NCBI GenBank assembly: GCA_020632265.1
Contig: JACKFW010000001.1
Span: 401,892 to 465,891 of the forward strand
Length of the DNA stretch: 64,000 nt
Direction: 5' to 3'
Source: Pseudomonadales bacterium
Lineage (GTDB): Bacteria; Patescibacteriota; Microgenomatia; UBA1400; PJMF01
Shown: positions 10,081-19,752 of the stretch, one piece after another
Layout of the letters: every line of letters begins with the position of its first letter
How positions within the stretch are numbered: position 1 is the first letter of the stretch
Translations under genes and position numbers: made by a program
The notes under the pieces: model-generated
What the model was told of the DNA's origin: nothing
Databases searched by the model: none
What the model saw: only the letters and a program-made list of their open reading frames with translations

Positions 10081-10142
10081 ACTTGAGGAAAAGTGGTACT
10101 TCCCCCGACAGGTAGTTACTCGAATTAGGAGGTGGGTTGAGA
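10081..10142. repeat. repeat family copy E8 (R-arm variant plus extension a; no L-arm)
   Basis: ACTTGAGGAAAAGTGGTACTTCCCCCGACAGGTAGTTACTCGAATTAGGAGGTGGGTTGAG. Confidence 0.65.
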
Positions 10143-10152
10143 ATTATCTACA

Positions 10153-11085
10153 CTACAGTTCTGCGCTATAATCTGCAATAAATTGCGCAGTCTTCCAATC
10201 TTTTCTAAAAGCATTGTAAGCTATTGCGTCCGCTCCAATTCTCAATTGGTAACACAACAATCTTTGCTCTATATTTGCAGTATTGGAGTTAGGATCTGTC
10301 TTAAAGTCCTCGATTAGTCGCTGTACCAAATGTATATCTTTTGAAGCAGGAAACCATGGCTCACAAAACTTTATCCAAGCTATTTCATATAGAGGATCTC
10401 CAAAGAAAGCAGAGCCCCAGTCAAGAACTGCAGAAATTTTACCCTTATCTACTAAAACATTTCTATTAACAAAATCTGAGTGAACAACACCTCTTACCTC
10501 TGGGCAGTGATCTATTAGATTCTGAAATTTTCTCCAAAGCTCATTGTATGAATCCATTCCCATGTCTGAAGCCTCTAGGATTTCTCTCCACCCATGATTT
10601 AAGCTTCCCTCTGACTCATTTCTATCATCAAGTAAAAAAGCTTTCCAGCTATCATAAATTGCCTTGCCATCTTTATTCCAAAAACCAAAACCTGTGCTAG
10701 TAGACATATCTATTGCTCTTAAAGCACGAAAAATTTCAATTACAGATTGAGAAGCAATTTCTAGATCATTCGGAGAAAGGGATTCAAGAAAATTACCAAC
10801 AACAAATGGAGAAATTGCATAGTAGCGATTATTTTCTTGTCCTATATCTTTTATAGGCGGCACTGGCAGTAGATCGCTATTAAAAGTATGGGCAAATGCG
10901 TCCCTCTGAAAATTATCAGGAACATTTCCCCACCTAATTACATTTTTAACACCTTTTACAACAAAAGTGAATGCGTATGACCATGCTCCTTCACCAAGTG
11001 ATTGAACTGAAGAAACATTCTTACCAAATTTGGCTACTAAAAAAATTTCTGTTTCTTTTGCTGATACTCTTAGCTCTTCTGTCAT
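10153..11085 (-). CDS. aminoglycoside/antibiotic phosphotransferase (APH) family kinase
   Basis: Brenner motif VVHSDFVNRNVLVD and DWGSAFFGDPLYE; APH/ChoK fold. Confidence 0.7.
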   Translation of the reverse strand: MTEELRVSAKETEIFLVAKFGKNVSSVQSLGEGAWSYAFTFVVKGVKNVIRWGNVPDNFQRDAFAHTFNSDLLPVPPIKDIGQENNRYYAISPFVVGNFLESLSPNDLEIASQSVIEIFRALRAIDMSTSTGFGFWNKDGKAIYDSWKAFLLDDRNESEGSLNHGWREILEASDMGMDSYNELWRKFQNLIDHCPEVRGVVHSDFVNRNVLVDKGKISAVLDWGSAFFGDPLYEIAWIKFCEPWFPASKDIHLVQRLIEDFKTDPNSNTANIEQRLLCYQLRIGADAIAYNAFRKDWKTAQFIADYSAEL

Positions 11086-11186
11086 AAGTGAATTTTAAGT
11101 GTGCCTAAATCTGGAACTTCTTTCTACATTCTTCTTGAAATTTTCAAGAATTTCTATTATAAAAGGATAATTATACACGAATGAAA

Positions 11187-11324
11187 GTTCGAGTCCTACT
11201 GGGATCAAACAAAATTACTTGAGGAAAAAATAAAAGCTCCCCCGACAGGTTGTTACTCGAACCAATTTAGTGTGGAAGAAAAATGTTGAGAAATTTGTTA
11301 TGGGATTTTTGTTTGATAAAGTAA
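11187..11324. repeat. repeat family copy E9 (short L-arm, alternate spacer, R-arm, extension b with mini-ORF)
   Basis: GTTCGAGTCCTACTGGG ... AAAAGCTCCCCCGACAGGTTGTTACTCGAACCAATTTAGTGTGGAAGAAAAATGTTGAGAAATTTGTTATGGGATTTTTGTTTGA. Confidence 0.8.
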
Positions 11325-11344
11325 TTATTTAAGCTTAGTAGTAC

Positions 11345-11818
11345 TCAATCCAGCAATACTCTTTTGCTTATTTTATTATCTTCCGCGCCAGTTTCGTAAA
11401 ATTCAATTATAATATTTTTGTTTTCTTGAGTAATTCTCAAATTATATATTCCAGTTGCATGTGGCTGCAATCTAGATGTTTCAACATCTGTTATCTTAGC
11501 CTTTTTTTTGATGGCTTCAGTTAAGTAGTTAAGTCTGTCTTCATTACTACCTAATGCATATGCTCCATATATTTTTTCAACATCGTAAAGATCATTCCAT
11601 AAAGAAGCTGTATCTTTTACATGATCCATAAAAGGCAGGTGAGCGATCCACAAACCTTTGGAAGTAATAACAACTCCCGCAGGACAGTTAATAAATCCTT
11701 TTGCATCTATTACTTCCGATAAAGGCAGGGCAATCATGCCGTTATAGCCAGGTAACAACTCATTTTCAGGGATGTTTCCAGACAAGAATCTTTCAAATAA
11801 TGTATGTAGTTCATTCAT
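11345..11818 (-). CDS. hypothetical protein
   Basis: 157-aa ORF between E9 and E10. Confidence 0.45.
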   Translation of the reverse strand: MNELHTLFERFLSGNIPENELLPGYNGMIALPLSEVIDAKGFINCPAGVVITSKGLWIAHLPFMDHVKDTASLWNDLYDVEKIYGAYALGSNEDRLNYLTEAIKKKAKITDVETSRLQPHATGIYNLRITQENKNIIIEFYETGAEDNKISKRVLLD

Positions 11819-11864
11819 TAAGAATATTTTACCATGATAATAACCTTGCTAGAGTCATGAACTA

Positions 11865-11985
11865 AACTGTCCTATCGGGGGAATATTTGTGAAAAAGGAT
11901 TGATATATGGATGTAATTAAACCTATAATTTAAAAGCTTTCCCTACTGGACTCGTTACGGAACGGGTATGAACAAGAATTACTAA
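11865..11985. repeat. repeat family copy E10 (truncated L-arm, spacer, R2-arm)
   Basis: Near-identical to E3: ACTGTCCTATCGGGGGAATATTTGTGAAAAAGGATTGATATATGGATGTAATTAAACCTATAATTTAAAAGCTTTCCCTACTGGACTCGTTACGGAACGGGTATGAACAAGAATTACTAA. Confidence 0.8.
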
Positions 11986-12311
11986 ATATTAATTTTAGTG
12001 ATATCAAAAGTCCTATTAAAATCTTCGGTAACTTACAAAATTCAAGCATTTACTAAACTAGAAGATATCTTTAATTAATTTCCTACAAATAATAATGCAG
12101 GATAACGCTTCATTAATCTTTAGTGTAATCTGAGCTAAGAAATGATGAAATTAGCTGACATTCCCATAATCCAGAACTAGAATCACTCGCTAAAGACCTA
12201 GTAATTGCCATTATCAAAGTCCAAGAGTTAATCGAAAGTATTGGATGTAAATCATACCTAATAGGTTCAATTGGTGCTCATCTGGCAGGAGAAATTCCAA
12301 TTGAAACCTTA

Positions 12312-12767
12312 TTGCAAAATATAAATAATGGAACTTTCACAATTATATATAAGGATGTAGAAGCACACTTAGATCCTCTTGTCTTTACAGGTGTAAATAA
12401 AAAGTTTATGTATCCTTCTGCAAAAAGAGCAATAGCAACATTCGACCCAATGACTCTCTTTCAACTATACAGTATTTACGGACCTATAAGAAAAAAAGAC
12501 TTTCCCAAGTTAATGAAGCTGAGACGAGCCATCTACCAAAATAATTTTTCACACATCTCCAGAGAATACTTTATACCATTCTTCAATTTCAGAAAAAAAA
12601 TAAGAGAAAAATATCCTAATGATTTTCTCTTAGGAAAAATAAGATATGCTTATCATGATAAATTTTCTCAATCTACAAGAGAAAAAACACATCATATACT
12701 TAATATATTAAGAAAGATATTTACTGGAATACTTATTGATAAGCCTGAAAGTTTGAAAAAATACTAG
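12312..12767 (+). CDS. hypothetical protein (start uncertain)
   Basis: 151-aa ORF from a TTG; protein-like frame continues ~150 nt upstream with no start codon. Confidence 0.35.
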   Translation: MQNINNGTFTIIYKDVEAHLDPLVFTGVNKKFMYPSAKRAIATFDPMTLFQLYSIYGPIRKKDFPKLMKLRRAIYQNNFSHISREYFIPFFNFRKKIREKYPNDFLLGKIRYAYHDKFSQSTREKTHHILNILRKIFTGILIDKPESLKKY

Positions 12768-12856
12768 TTCCAGATTCTAAATACATATAACAAAATTATA
12801 TCAAAATGAATTTATGCAAACTTCTGGTTGTTCATTTCTATCAGGGTATATTAAAC

Positions 12857-13075
12857 TCAATCGTGCTCAATTGTGACTGCGATAACAATCCTTTGTCCAT
12901 CGCCATGATTTACAGATGTTGATTTTACAACTGGGTGTAAATCTTTCAAGCGTTCAAGCTCTTGATTTATAACTATAGTAGCGTCATCAGCGAAACCCTC
13001 AAAAACAAGTACTTCATTTTTACGAAACAATCTTTGTTCTACTGGAAGATATCCTGTTTCAACTCCATTGTTCAT
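12857..13075 (-). CDS. hypothetical small protein
   Basis: 72-aa ORF upstream of E11. Confidence 0.3.
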   Translation of the reverse strand: MNNGVETGYLPVEQRLFRKNEVLVFEGFADDATIVINQELERLKDLHPVVKSTSVNHGDGQRIVIAVTIEHD

Positions 13076-13130
13076 AATTCTCCTTTTCTTTATTATATTA
13101 CAAATTATTGTAACAGATATTTATTTTTTG

Positions 13131-13270
13131 GTTCAATTCGAGTCCCAGGCGAACTAGTCCTATTGGGGGTATATTAGTAAAAAAGGATTGATATATGGCT
13201 GTAATTAAACCTATAATTTTAATGCTCCCCCGACAGGTTATTGCTCGAACTAGGAGGTGGGTGAAAAATT
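13131..13270. repeat. repeat family copy E11 (complete, extension a)
   Basis: TTCGAGTCCCAGGCGAACTAGTCCTATTGGGGG ... AATGCTCCCCCGACAGGTTATTGCTCGAACTAGGAGGTGGGTGAAAA. Confidence 0.85.
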
Positions 13271-13283
13271 ATTCATCATTAAG

Positions 13284-14363
13284 CTATGAACAAAATACTG
13301 CTAGTGGACTATAGTGCGCACTTTCTGGGTGATCACCAATTGAATAATAGTGCTCACTATCTGACTCTGGTCGCATATATACTGGATTTCCGTTTCCAGC
13401 GTCCATTAATGCTAATTTATATGCCCCGTCTGATGATAGTTCCTTACAAATTTTAGCTAAGTGCCAAACGGCAAGTCTATCATTCCCACCATTCAAAACT
13501 AGTAAACCTTTTTCTTTGTGCCCCATACTATTTGTGTATTCAATATATGCAGACCATGTATAAACACTATTACCGATTTCCGATTCTACTCTCTGATGCG
13601 TCCATTTCTGAGATAGTACCTGACCTTCATTCTTCTCATCAATAGTAAACCAAGCTTGCATAAATGATTTGTTTTGACTTTGTGCTTCCTCTAATCCATC
13701 TTTGTCAACAATTTCAAAAATGTTGCTACTAAAAACTATACCTCCTGAAGCACTACTATTTACTTCTGGTGTTACATTAAATGGCAACCTATCAACAAGC
13801 TTTTCAGGACCATAGTATCTTCCATTCTCATCTCTAGCTGGCATTTGCATATCAACTTGTCTTTGTTCAACTCCATTATCTTCAGAATATTCATAATTTC
13901 CACTTACTAGACTAACGGGTCCTGAAACACCTGTTTGCTCTACTAATAAATAGTTTCTTCTTCCCGAAATAGTTGGTTTTAAACCTACAATAGCTTCTTG
14001 TTTGTATGCAACAAGAGTAACTTTTGCAGAGCTAGCACGTAAAGGAGTTTGTCCCATGTTGTTATTTATTCTCACTCTAACTTGCTCAGCTACATAACTT
14101 CTTTCATCTAAAAACCTTGTTCTAGATAGTTCTACTTGATCATCAACGTAGTCCATTGCTGACTCAACCCAAATTGGAACTTTTTCTTGAACAATTAGTG
14201 AAGGCAAACCTGTCTTCCATTCAATAAATGCTGTAGCAGATGCAACTGATCCAGTTAATGCTGTTACAATAGCACGTATTAAAAATTTTCTTCTTGAAAT
14301 TCCATGAATATTTTCTGGAGTGTAATTACTTTCATTTCTCACAGATACTATAATAGCAAACAA
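13284..14363 (-). CDS. secreted protein with Tat-like signal peptide
   Basis: N-terminus SRRKFLIRAIVTALTGSVASATA resembles a twin-arginine signal; no other domain recognised. Confidence 0.5.
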   Translation of the reverse strand: MFAIIVSVRNESNYTPENIHGISRRKFLIRAIVTALTGSVASATAFIEWKTGLPSLIVQEKVPIWVESAMDYVDDQVELSRTRFLDERSYVAEQVRVRINNNMGQTPLRASSAKVTLVAYKQEAIVGLKPTISGRRNYLLVEQTGVSGPVSLVSGNYEYSEDNGVEQRQVDMQMPARDENGRYYGPEKLVDRLPFNVTPEVNSSASGGIVFSSNIFEIVDKDGLEEAQSQNKSFMQAWFTIDEKNEGQVLSQKWTHQRVESEIGNSVYTWSAYIEYTNSMGHKEKGLLVLNGGNDRLAVWHLAKICKELSSDGAYKLALMDAGNGNPVYMRPESDSEHYYSIGDHPESAHYSPLAVFCS

Positions 14364-14373
14364 AACAATCCAG

Positions 14374-14470
14374 TTCGAGTCCTATCAGGCTCTATAAAAT
14401 TTACTTGAGGAAAAAATGAAAGCTCCCCCGACAGGTCGTTACTCGAACCAGGAGGTGGGTTGAAAATTAC
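14374..14470. repeat. repeat family copy E12 (short L-arm, alternate spacer, R-arm, extension a)
   Basis: GTTCGAGTCCTATCAGG ... AAAGCTCCCCCGACAGGTCGTTACTCGAACCAGGAGGTGGGTTGAAA. Confidence 0.8.
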
Positions 14471-14507
14471 CTATTTATTTAGGCGTTTAGTACAAATAAA
14501 ATACTTT

Positions 14508-14972
14508 CTACTTGGAAAGCCTTTGTTTAAGAGCCTGATCAATCAAAAATAATTGATTTTTCCGTAATAGTGGAAGATTTTCTAAGGAATAAAAACCATA
14601 TTCAACGACTTCATGAGTTGGCTTAAACTCACCACCGATAAATAAACCAATACAGCAAAAATCGATTCTAGCAGAGCTCCGATCAGTCCTGATTATTAAC
14701 AACTCATCGGCACTAACGATTAATCCAGATTCCTCAAGTATTTCACGCTCTACTCCTTCTAAAGGATGTTCACCAGATTTTATGTAACCTCCAGGCAAAC
14801 TCCAAGAATGAGCACGATAGACATGTTTAAAAACTAAAACCTCGTTCTTTTCATTGAAAATAATTCCCGTTACTCCGATAAGAAAAACATCTTGAAACCT
14901 TCTCATTATAAAAAGTTGTATATTTTTTGGAAAACGAAGAAACTTCCACAATTTTGCCAAAAGTAGTTTCAT
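14508..14972 (-). CDS. NUDIX hydrolase
   Basis: Nudix box GGYIKSGEHPLEGVEREILEESGL. Confidence 0.65.
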   Translation of the reverse strand: MKLLLAKLWKFLRFPKNIQLFIMRRFQDVFLIGVTGIIFNEKNEVLVFKHVYRAHSWSLPGGYIKSGEHPLEGVEREILEESGLIVSADELLIIRTDRSSARIDFCCIGLFIGGEFKPTHEVVEYGFYSLENLPLLRKNQLFLIDQALKQRLSK

Positions 14973-15340
14973 AATGAAAACTTATCAGTATCAATTTTTA
15001 GACCAACATTTTCCAATTCGAGTTGGTGAACCTTTTTAGTGAGTTCAGCTACAGATTTTTTTTCCTGCTTAAGCTGTTGGTGTTGCCCTCTGATTTTCAT
15101 AGCTGTAGAAATTGAATTTATAAAACTAATAAAAAAGGCTAGAATAACTCCAAGTAGTATTGAACCAATAATCACATAATTTATTGGTAAATTGGAAAAA
15201 GAGTAATTAAGAAAATTCAGAGATACAAGCTGTGTATTTTGCATCGACAAAAATGTAAAACCAGCACCAACCAGTATGAGAAAAATTAATATTAACATAA
15301 TTTGATCAAAATATTTATTATTTATGTAAAATTCTTCCAA
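14969..15340 (-). CDS. LapA/DUF1049-like membrane protein with C-terminal coiled coil
   Basis: Two N-terminal TM helices then charged helical tail. Confidence 0.4.
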   Translation of the reverse strand: MEEFYINNKYFDQIMLILIFLILVGAGFTFLSMQNTQLVSLNFLNYSFSNLPINYVIIGSILLGVILAFFISFINSISTAMKIRGQHQQLKQEKKSVAELTKKVHQLELENVGLKIDTDKFSL

Positions 15341-15560
15341 TATAAATGATTACTGCAGCACCTAGAGTAGCAACAATAATGCTGTATAGATTGAATCCAG
15401 TTACTCCAGGCTGACCAAAAAAGTTCATCACAAAACCACCTACAAACGCTCCAATAACTCCCAACACTATATCTACAATTGTACTGTTGTTACTTTTCAT
15501 GAAAATGCTGGCTAACCAACCAGATAATGCACCAAATAGTATCCATATTAATATGTTCAT
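15318..15560 (-). CDS. GlsB/YeaQ/YmgE-family transglycosylase-associated membrane protein
   Basis: 80-aa MNILIWILFGALSGWLASIFMK...GVIGAFVGGFVMNFFG, characteristic of this family. Confidence 0.65.
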   Translation of the reverse strand: MNILIWILFGALSGWLASIFMKSNNSTIVDIVLGVIGAFVGGFVMNFFGQPGVTGFNLYSIIVATLGAAVIIYIGRILHK

Positions 15561-15587
15561 ACTGCTCTCTCTTTTAACTTTTATATT

Positions 15588-15869
15588 TTATAAAACAATT
15601 TCTGTTGTGCTGAGTCGTTCTAGTTGATCTAATAACTCATCTTTTGAATATTCTGACGTTGATAGTTTTTTGTTTTCAAAAGTCCTGAGACCTTCGATAA
15701 TTCTTCTTGCGTAAACCGCTTCGCTTTGTCGCAAATTTCGAATCTTTATTTCATTTTCTTCAAAAGTTTTTGAAATTATCACCAGCTGTGAAAAAAATAT
15801 TGAAGTATTTATGAGAATATTTGATATATATCTAATATCTACACTATAAACCTGTGAGGTAAATAACAT
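15588..15869 (-). CDS. hypothetical protein
   Basis: 93-aa ORF in the same operon-like block. Confidence 0.3.
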   Translation of the reverse strand: MLFTSQVYSVDIRYISNILINTSIFFSQLVIISKTFEENEIKIRNLRQSEAVYARRIIEGLRTFENKKLSTSEYSKDELLDQLERLSTTEIVL

Positions 15870-16075
15870 TCTGGTGACTATATTGACTCTTCCTTCTTCA
15901 ATTACCAGAGTATCTGGAAAGAAATCAAATGGAAATGCATGCGAGGAAATACTTAGTAAAATTCGATTTGATTTTTTATTTAATCCATCAACAATAATCT
16001 TATCTGAAATTTCTTGTTGTGAGATTTGTTTTTGTTCTGATTTTATTTTTTTTGAAATATGGTCCTATTGCGTGA

Positions 16076-16462
16076 TTATTTCTCTACGTCTTTTGTAGAA
16101 ATTGGATATATGAGTTCGAAAAAATAAACAAGTCCCCAGGCTACACACAGATACACTATGCCAGCAATCACTGTCGACCAATCAAAAATTGAATTTCCAA
16201 ATGTATATACTCCTAAAATTCCAGTAAATGGCTGAGTGAGTGGGGTAGTAATACTATAAATAATATTAGTAAAACTAGATGATTGGCTTGCGCCTAGTAT
16301 CTTCATTACAAACCTAAATACAAGCAATACTTCGACTAGTCCTACAATATACCAAATAATTTGGTTAGCTCTAATAATTGTTTTCTTCTTTTCAAAAACT
16401 TTTTGTGGTTGTTCTTCTTGCGCCAGGGCTGGCGCTGTTTGTGGGGTATTAACATCATTCAT
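16076..16462 (-). CDS. YggT-family membrane protein
   Basis: IIWYIVGLVEVLLVFRFVMKILGA ... ITTPLTQPF, typical of YggT/Ycf19. Confidence 0.55.
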   Translation of the reverse strand: MNDVNTPQTAPALAQEEQPQKVFEKKKTIIRANQIIWYIVGLVEVLLVFRFVMKILGASQSSSFTNIIYSITTPLTQPFTGILGVYTFGNSIFDWSTVIAGIVYLCVAWGLVYFFELIYPISTKDVEK

Positions 16463-16667
16463 TTTTGATTTTAACTTTCTTGATTATTGTTTCTTGAGGC
16501 AAATATTGAATTAAGGCTTTTTCAACCAATAAAGTTAACGATGTTTCTTTAAGCACAGCTTCTGCTTTTGCTTGTTTTAAAATATGTTTATTTAAGAAAA
16601 GGGTTACTCTTTGAGTATCATTACTTGTCATAGTTGTAATACTACAAGTATTTGAAGTAGTTGTCAA
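16455..16667 (-). CDS. ribbon-helix-helix (CopG-like) DNA-binding protein
   Basis: RVTLFLNKHILKQAKAEAVLKETSLTLLVEKALIQYL fits the RHH beta-strand plus two helices; likely start at the internal Met. Confidence 0.5.
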   Translation of the reverse strand: MTTTSNTCSITTMTSNDTQRVTLFLNKHILKQAKAEAVLKETSLTLLVEKALIQYLPQETIIKKVKIKNE

Positions 16668-16726
16668 GGGTGAACATAATATATCCTACAAATAAATCTT
16701 TAAAAGATAAATTTTGACTTTATATT

Positions 16727-16826
16727 GTTCGAATCCTATCGGGCTCAATTAAATTTACTTGAGGAAATAAGTGGTGCTCCCCCTACTGGACTCGTTACGG
16801 AATGGGTATAAAGCAGGATTGCTAAG
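16727..16826. repeat. repeat family copy E13 (short L-arm, alternate spacer, R2-arm)
   Basis: GTTCGAATCCTATCGGG ... AAGTGGTGCTCCCCCTACTGGACTCGTTACGGAATGGGTATAAAGCAGGATTGCTAA. Confidence 0.75.
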
Positions 16827-16907
16827 AATAAATGAGCAAGATATTTTAAAATTTACAAAAAACAATACCATTTATAATAATTAAGTAATATACAATTATG
16901 CCTACAT

Positions 16908-17351
16908 ATGAATAATACGAAGGAAATATTTAATTCTCAAAAATTAAAGCAACTAAATTTACCAAATGCTGATAATGAATTGATCAGATTAAAGATAATT
17001 GAAATTCTAAAAAAAGAGATTTCCTTAGATATTAGTACGCTTAGGTTTAGACTTATCAATCCAATGCAAATTGAACAAACATTAATGACAGGTAGTGATA
17101 GATATAGAAACTCAGATTCTGTCACAGTTCCTGGGTATGAGGACCAACCAGAAATTGTTACCTGGACACATAGTAGTTATTCATTCCTAGCAAGAGATAG
17201 TGTTTTTTACCCAAACCTTGAAAATGAGAATACTGCAATTGTTGTGTATAAGCCAGATAATATAAAAGAACTTTACTCTGATGGAACATGTATATTTACA
17301 AAAAAACCAAGCGAAAAAGATGTGCTTCTAGTAATACATTTAAAAACATAG
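16908..17351 (+). CDS. hypothetical protein
   Basis: 147-aa plus-strand ORF. Confidence 0.4.
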   Translation: MNNTKEIFNSQKLKQLNLPNADNELIRLKIIEILKKEISLDISTLRFRLINPMQIEQTLMTGSDRYRNSDSVTVPGYEDQPEIVTWTHSSYSFLARDSVFYPNLENENTAIVVYKPDNIKELYSDGTCIFTKKPSEKDVLLVIHLKT

Positions 17352-17421
17352 CATTTTAAATACTTTATTTTATGGCAATAAATATAAAATTAATAACTTT
17401 ATATAGATCTATTTTATCGTT

Positions 17422-17448
17422 GCTCCCCCTGTGGAACTTTATCCGAAC
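17422..17448. repeat. minimal tRNA-3'-end-like motif copy E17
   Basis: GCTCCCCCTGTGGAACTTTATCCGAAC just downstream of the FHA gene; near-identical to E16. Confidence 0.6.
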
Positions 17449-17461
17449 AATTTGGTAACAC

Positions 17462-18727
17462 TTAATTTTTAACTGAATCAATAAATAATTTGACAAAAGC
17501 TTCTGGCTGTAATCTCTGTGCTGCCAGATCTAGGTTTCCGTGAGGTATTCCTCTATAACCAAGTAACTTGAGTTGTGCATTAGCCAAATTCATAAATAAT
17601 GAATTATTTATTTGATTAAATGGTCTAATAATTGCACCATATTGATACTGTTTACCAATTAACTCAGCTACTTGTTGTGTATCTCTGTTTTCACTATTGG
17701 TGAGCTTTGTAATTTCACTCCCTAAATTATTGATTTGCTTCATATAAGCTGGAATTGCTTCGCTTGATGGATAGAAAAACATATAACCCATATAATCATT
17801 ATTCTTATCCACTGGTAAAAACTCATCAGGTATACCTGCTAGTCTAACTTTCATGTCTCCTGAACTCTCAAATCGCCTAGAGTAAGGATCTCCATATTTA
17901 TTTGCAATAGATGCCACTTCTCTTGCTTGCCTTTCTCTTCTATTTCCTAACCCTCCATAATCAGAACGAAACTGATCATTTTCAACATTTAGAGAACCTG
18001 CTCCAACTCGACCATAAACATCATTCTTATTGGCTATGCCATGTGCTTCTTGAATTTTTAAGGAGAAATTTTCTCCACTTACATCGGAATAAAGTGATCC
18101 ATCTGAAATAGCATCAACAAAAAACTCTCTTACTCTAGTTTGGTTATTTATGTATTCTTGATCTAGTGGTCTACCATCATTATCAGGAGTTCTTGTAAGC
18201 TCATGATTCTCTACCTGTTTTGCAAAAACAGTATTGCCGGCAACCTCTCCTTGTCTGATACTAGAAATCTCATTATCTTTCTTAATTAATGAAGCAACCC
18301 TATTAAATACATCTTTTGTTCCATTTGTGCTTCCTAAGTCAATAACATTTACCCTTCCATCTTTCAAACTCACTTCTACATGCCTTCTAGATACAGTCTG
18401 GTCAAAGGCAAACCTTGATTGGTCAACTCGACCTAAAATAACTTTTTGACCTTCGCGAAGGCCTTTGTAGTTGTCTAAACTGACCCTCATATGCCTACCA
18501 AACTGCAAGATCAAATACGGAGTTGTTATTGAAACACTGGGCGAACTGGGAAAACAATTTGGTTTATCTATCTTGAAAACACCAAACACCTGCTCTCCTA
18601 TTTGAAATGCAGTACTTAGGCCTGCTTCAATTCCAAATGTTTTTTCACAATCCTGAGGACTTAATTCTTTATGGCTTAATACCACATTTTCTTTAGTCAC
18701 CATATCATAATCATTCATACTTACCAT
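17462..18727 (-). CDS. FHA domain-containing protein
   Basis: FHA core GRVDQSRFAFDQTVSRRHVEVSLKDGRVNVIDLGSTNGT. Confidence 0.65.
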   Translation of the reverse strand: MVSMNDYDMVTKENVVLSHKELSPQDCEKTFGIEAGLSTAFQIGEQVFGVFKIDKPNCFPSSPSVSITTPYLILQFGRHMRVSLDNYKGLREGQKVILGRVDQSRFAFDQTVSRRHVEVSLKDGRVNVIDLGSTNGTKDVFNRVASLIKKDNEISSIRQGEVAGNTVFAKQVENHELTRTPDNDGRPLDQEYINNQTRVREFFVDAISDGSLYSDVSGENFSLKIQEAHGIANKNDVYGRVGAGSLNVENDQFRSDYGGLGNRRERQAREVASIANKYGDPYSRRFESSGDMKVRLAGIPDEFLPVDKNNDYMGYMFFYPSSEAIPAYMKQINNLGSEITKLTNSENRDTQQVAELIGKQYQYGAIIRPFNQINNSLFMNLANAQLKLLGYRGIPHGNLDLAAQRLQPEAFVKLFIDSVKN

Positions 18728-18773
18728 AATAACAAATCTACATAGTGTTTAACAACATAATTTACTCATATAA

Positions 18774-19236
18774 CCTGCCTACAGTGCTACCAATGCTACC
18801 AGCACCAGATAACTCTCAACCCTTCTGGACCCTGCAAACATGGCAATACTGGTAACAAAAAGCCCCCATCCATAAGATGAGGCCTTCATTGGCGTTTTTA
18901 AGAAGAACTAACTATTACAGTCCCACACTGTCAGCACCGTAAGCAGCTTGATCAGTGGTGAAACCTTCAAATTCTAGTTGTTTTATAAGGCCATCTCTTG
19001 AGAAGCCTGACAAATCTTGATAGCTTTTAGCTTTTTTAGCTGCCTGCTCATCCCAATCTGGGCTAATTTTATCTACTGCATAGGTAGCATCTTCTGTTGA
19101 AAACTTTTCAAATTCAAGTTGCTTAATCAAACCACTTCTTGAAAAGCCTGTCATGCTGAGATAAGAATTTGCTTTTCTAACAGCATTCTTCTGTGCGGTA
19201 GTTTCGTTGGAAGCTTCTTCAACTTCAGCTCTGTAA
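18774..19236. repeat. segmental duplication copy 1 (3' part of Ltp gene plus 150 bp downstream)
   Basis: ~90% identical to 30490..30950 over ~460 bp. Confidence 0.85.
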
Positions 19237-19253
19237 CTTCCACTGTGCAGCAT
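18915..19253 (-). pseudogene. truncated Ltp-family lipoprotein copy (no signal peptide)
   Basis: 112 aa, near-identical to the C-terminal two repeats of 30633..31100; fused upstream to an unrelated stop-interrupted frame. Confidence 0.6.
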
Positions 19254-19485
19254 TGGACATAAATATCCAGTAATAATACCTACAATCTTTTCACCATCTG
19301 TGCAAACAAATATTCCATAGTCATCTCTATCTAAAAGCTCTGCATAAATATTTCCACCTTGTTTTATGGCTGAATCAGAATGACCTTCCTCACCTATTAT
19401 CTGAAAAATACAGTCTGCTCAAAACTCATCAAGAAGATTAAGGACAGCAACTTTATCTGATTCAATTACTTCTCTTATGTTTACT

Positions 19486-19737
19486 TTATCCATCTTTATA
19501 TATTCCTTGTATCCGTTTGTGATGTTTAATGTTCATTACAGCAACCCAAACAGAATAACTAATACCAAAAAGCCCACCACTAATTACTAAAAAATCTTGC
19601 AATCTTTGAGCGGTAACATACTTATTTACTAAATAAATACCAATAGCAATAGAAGAGTTAACCATTACAGCTTCAACTGCTAGTATTATCTTTCTTCTAT
19701 GTAAACTCTCAACTAAAAACTTCTGTTCTTCTTGCAT
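19486..19737 (-). CDS. small membrane protein
   Basis: 83 aa with two hydrophobic helices. Confidence 0.35.
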   Translation of the reverse strand: MQEEQKFLVESLHRRKIILAVEAVMVNSSIAIGIYLVNKYVTAQRLQDFLVISGGLFGISYSVWVAVMNIKHHKRIQGIYKDG

Positions 19738-19752
19738 TTTTTCCTTTGAATA

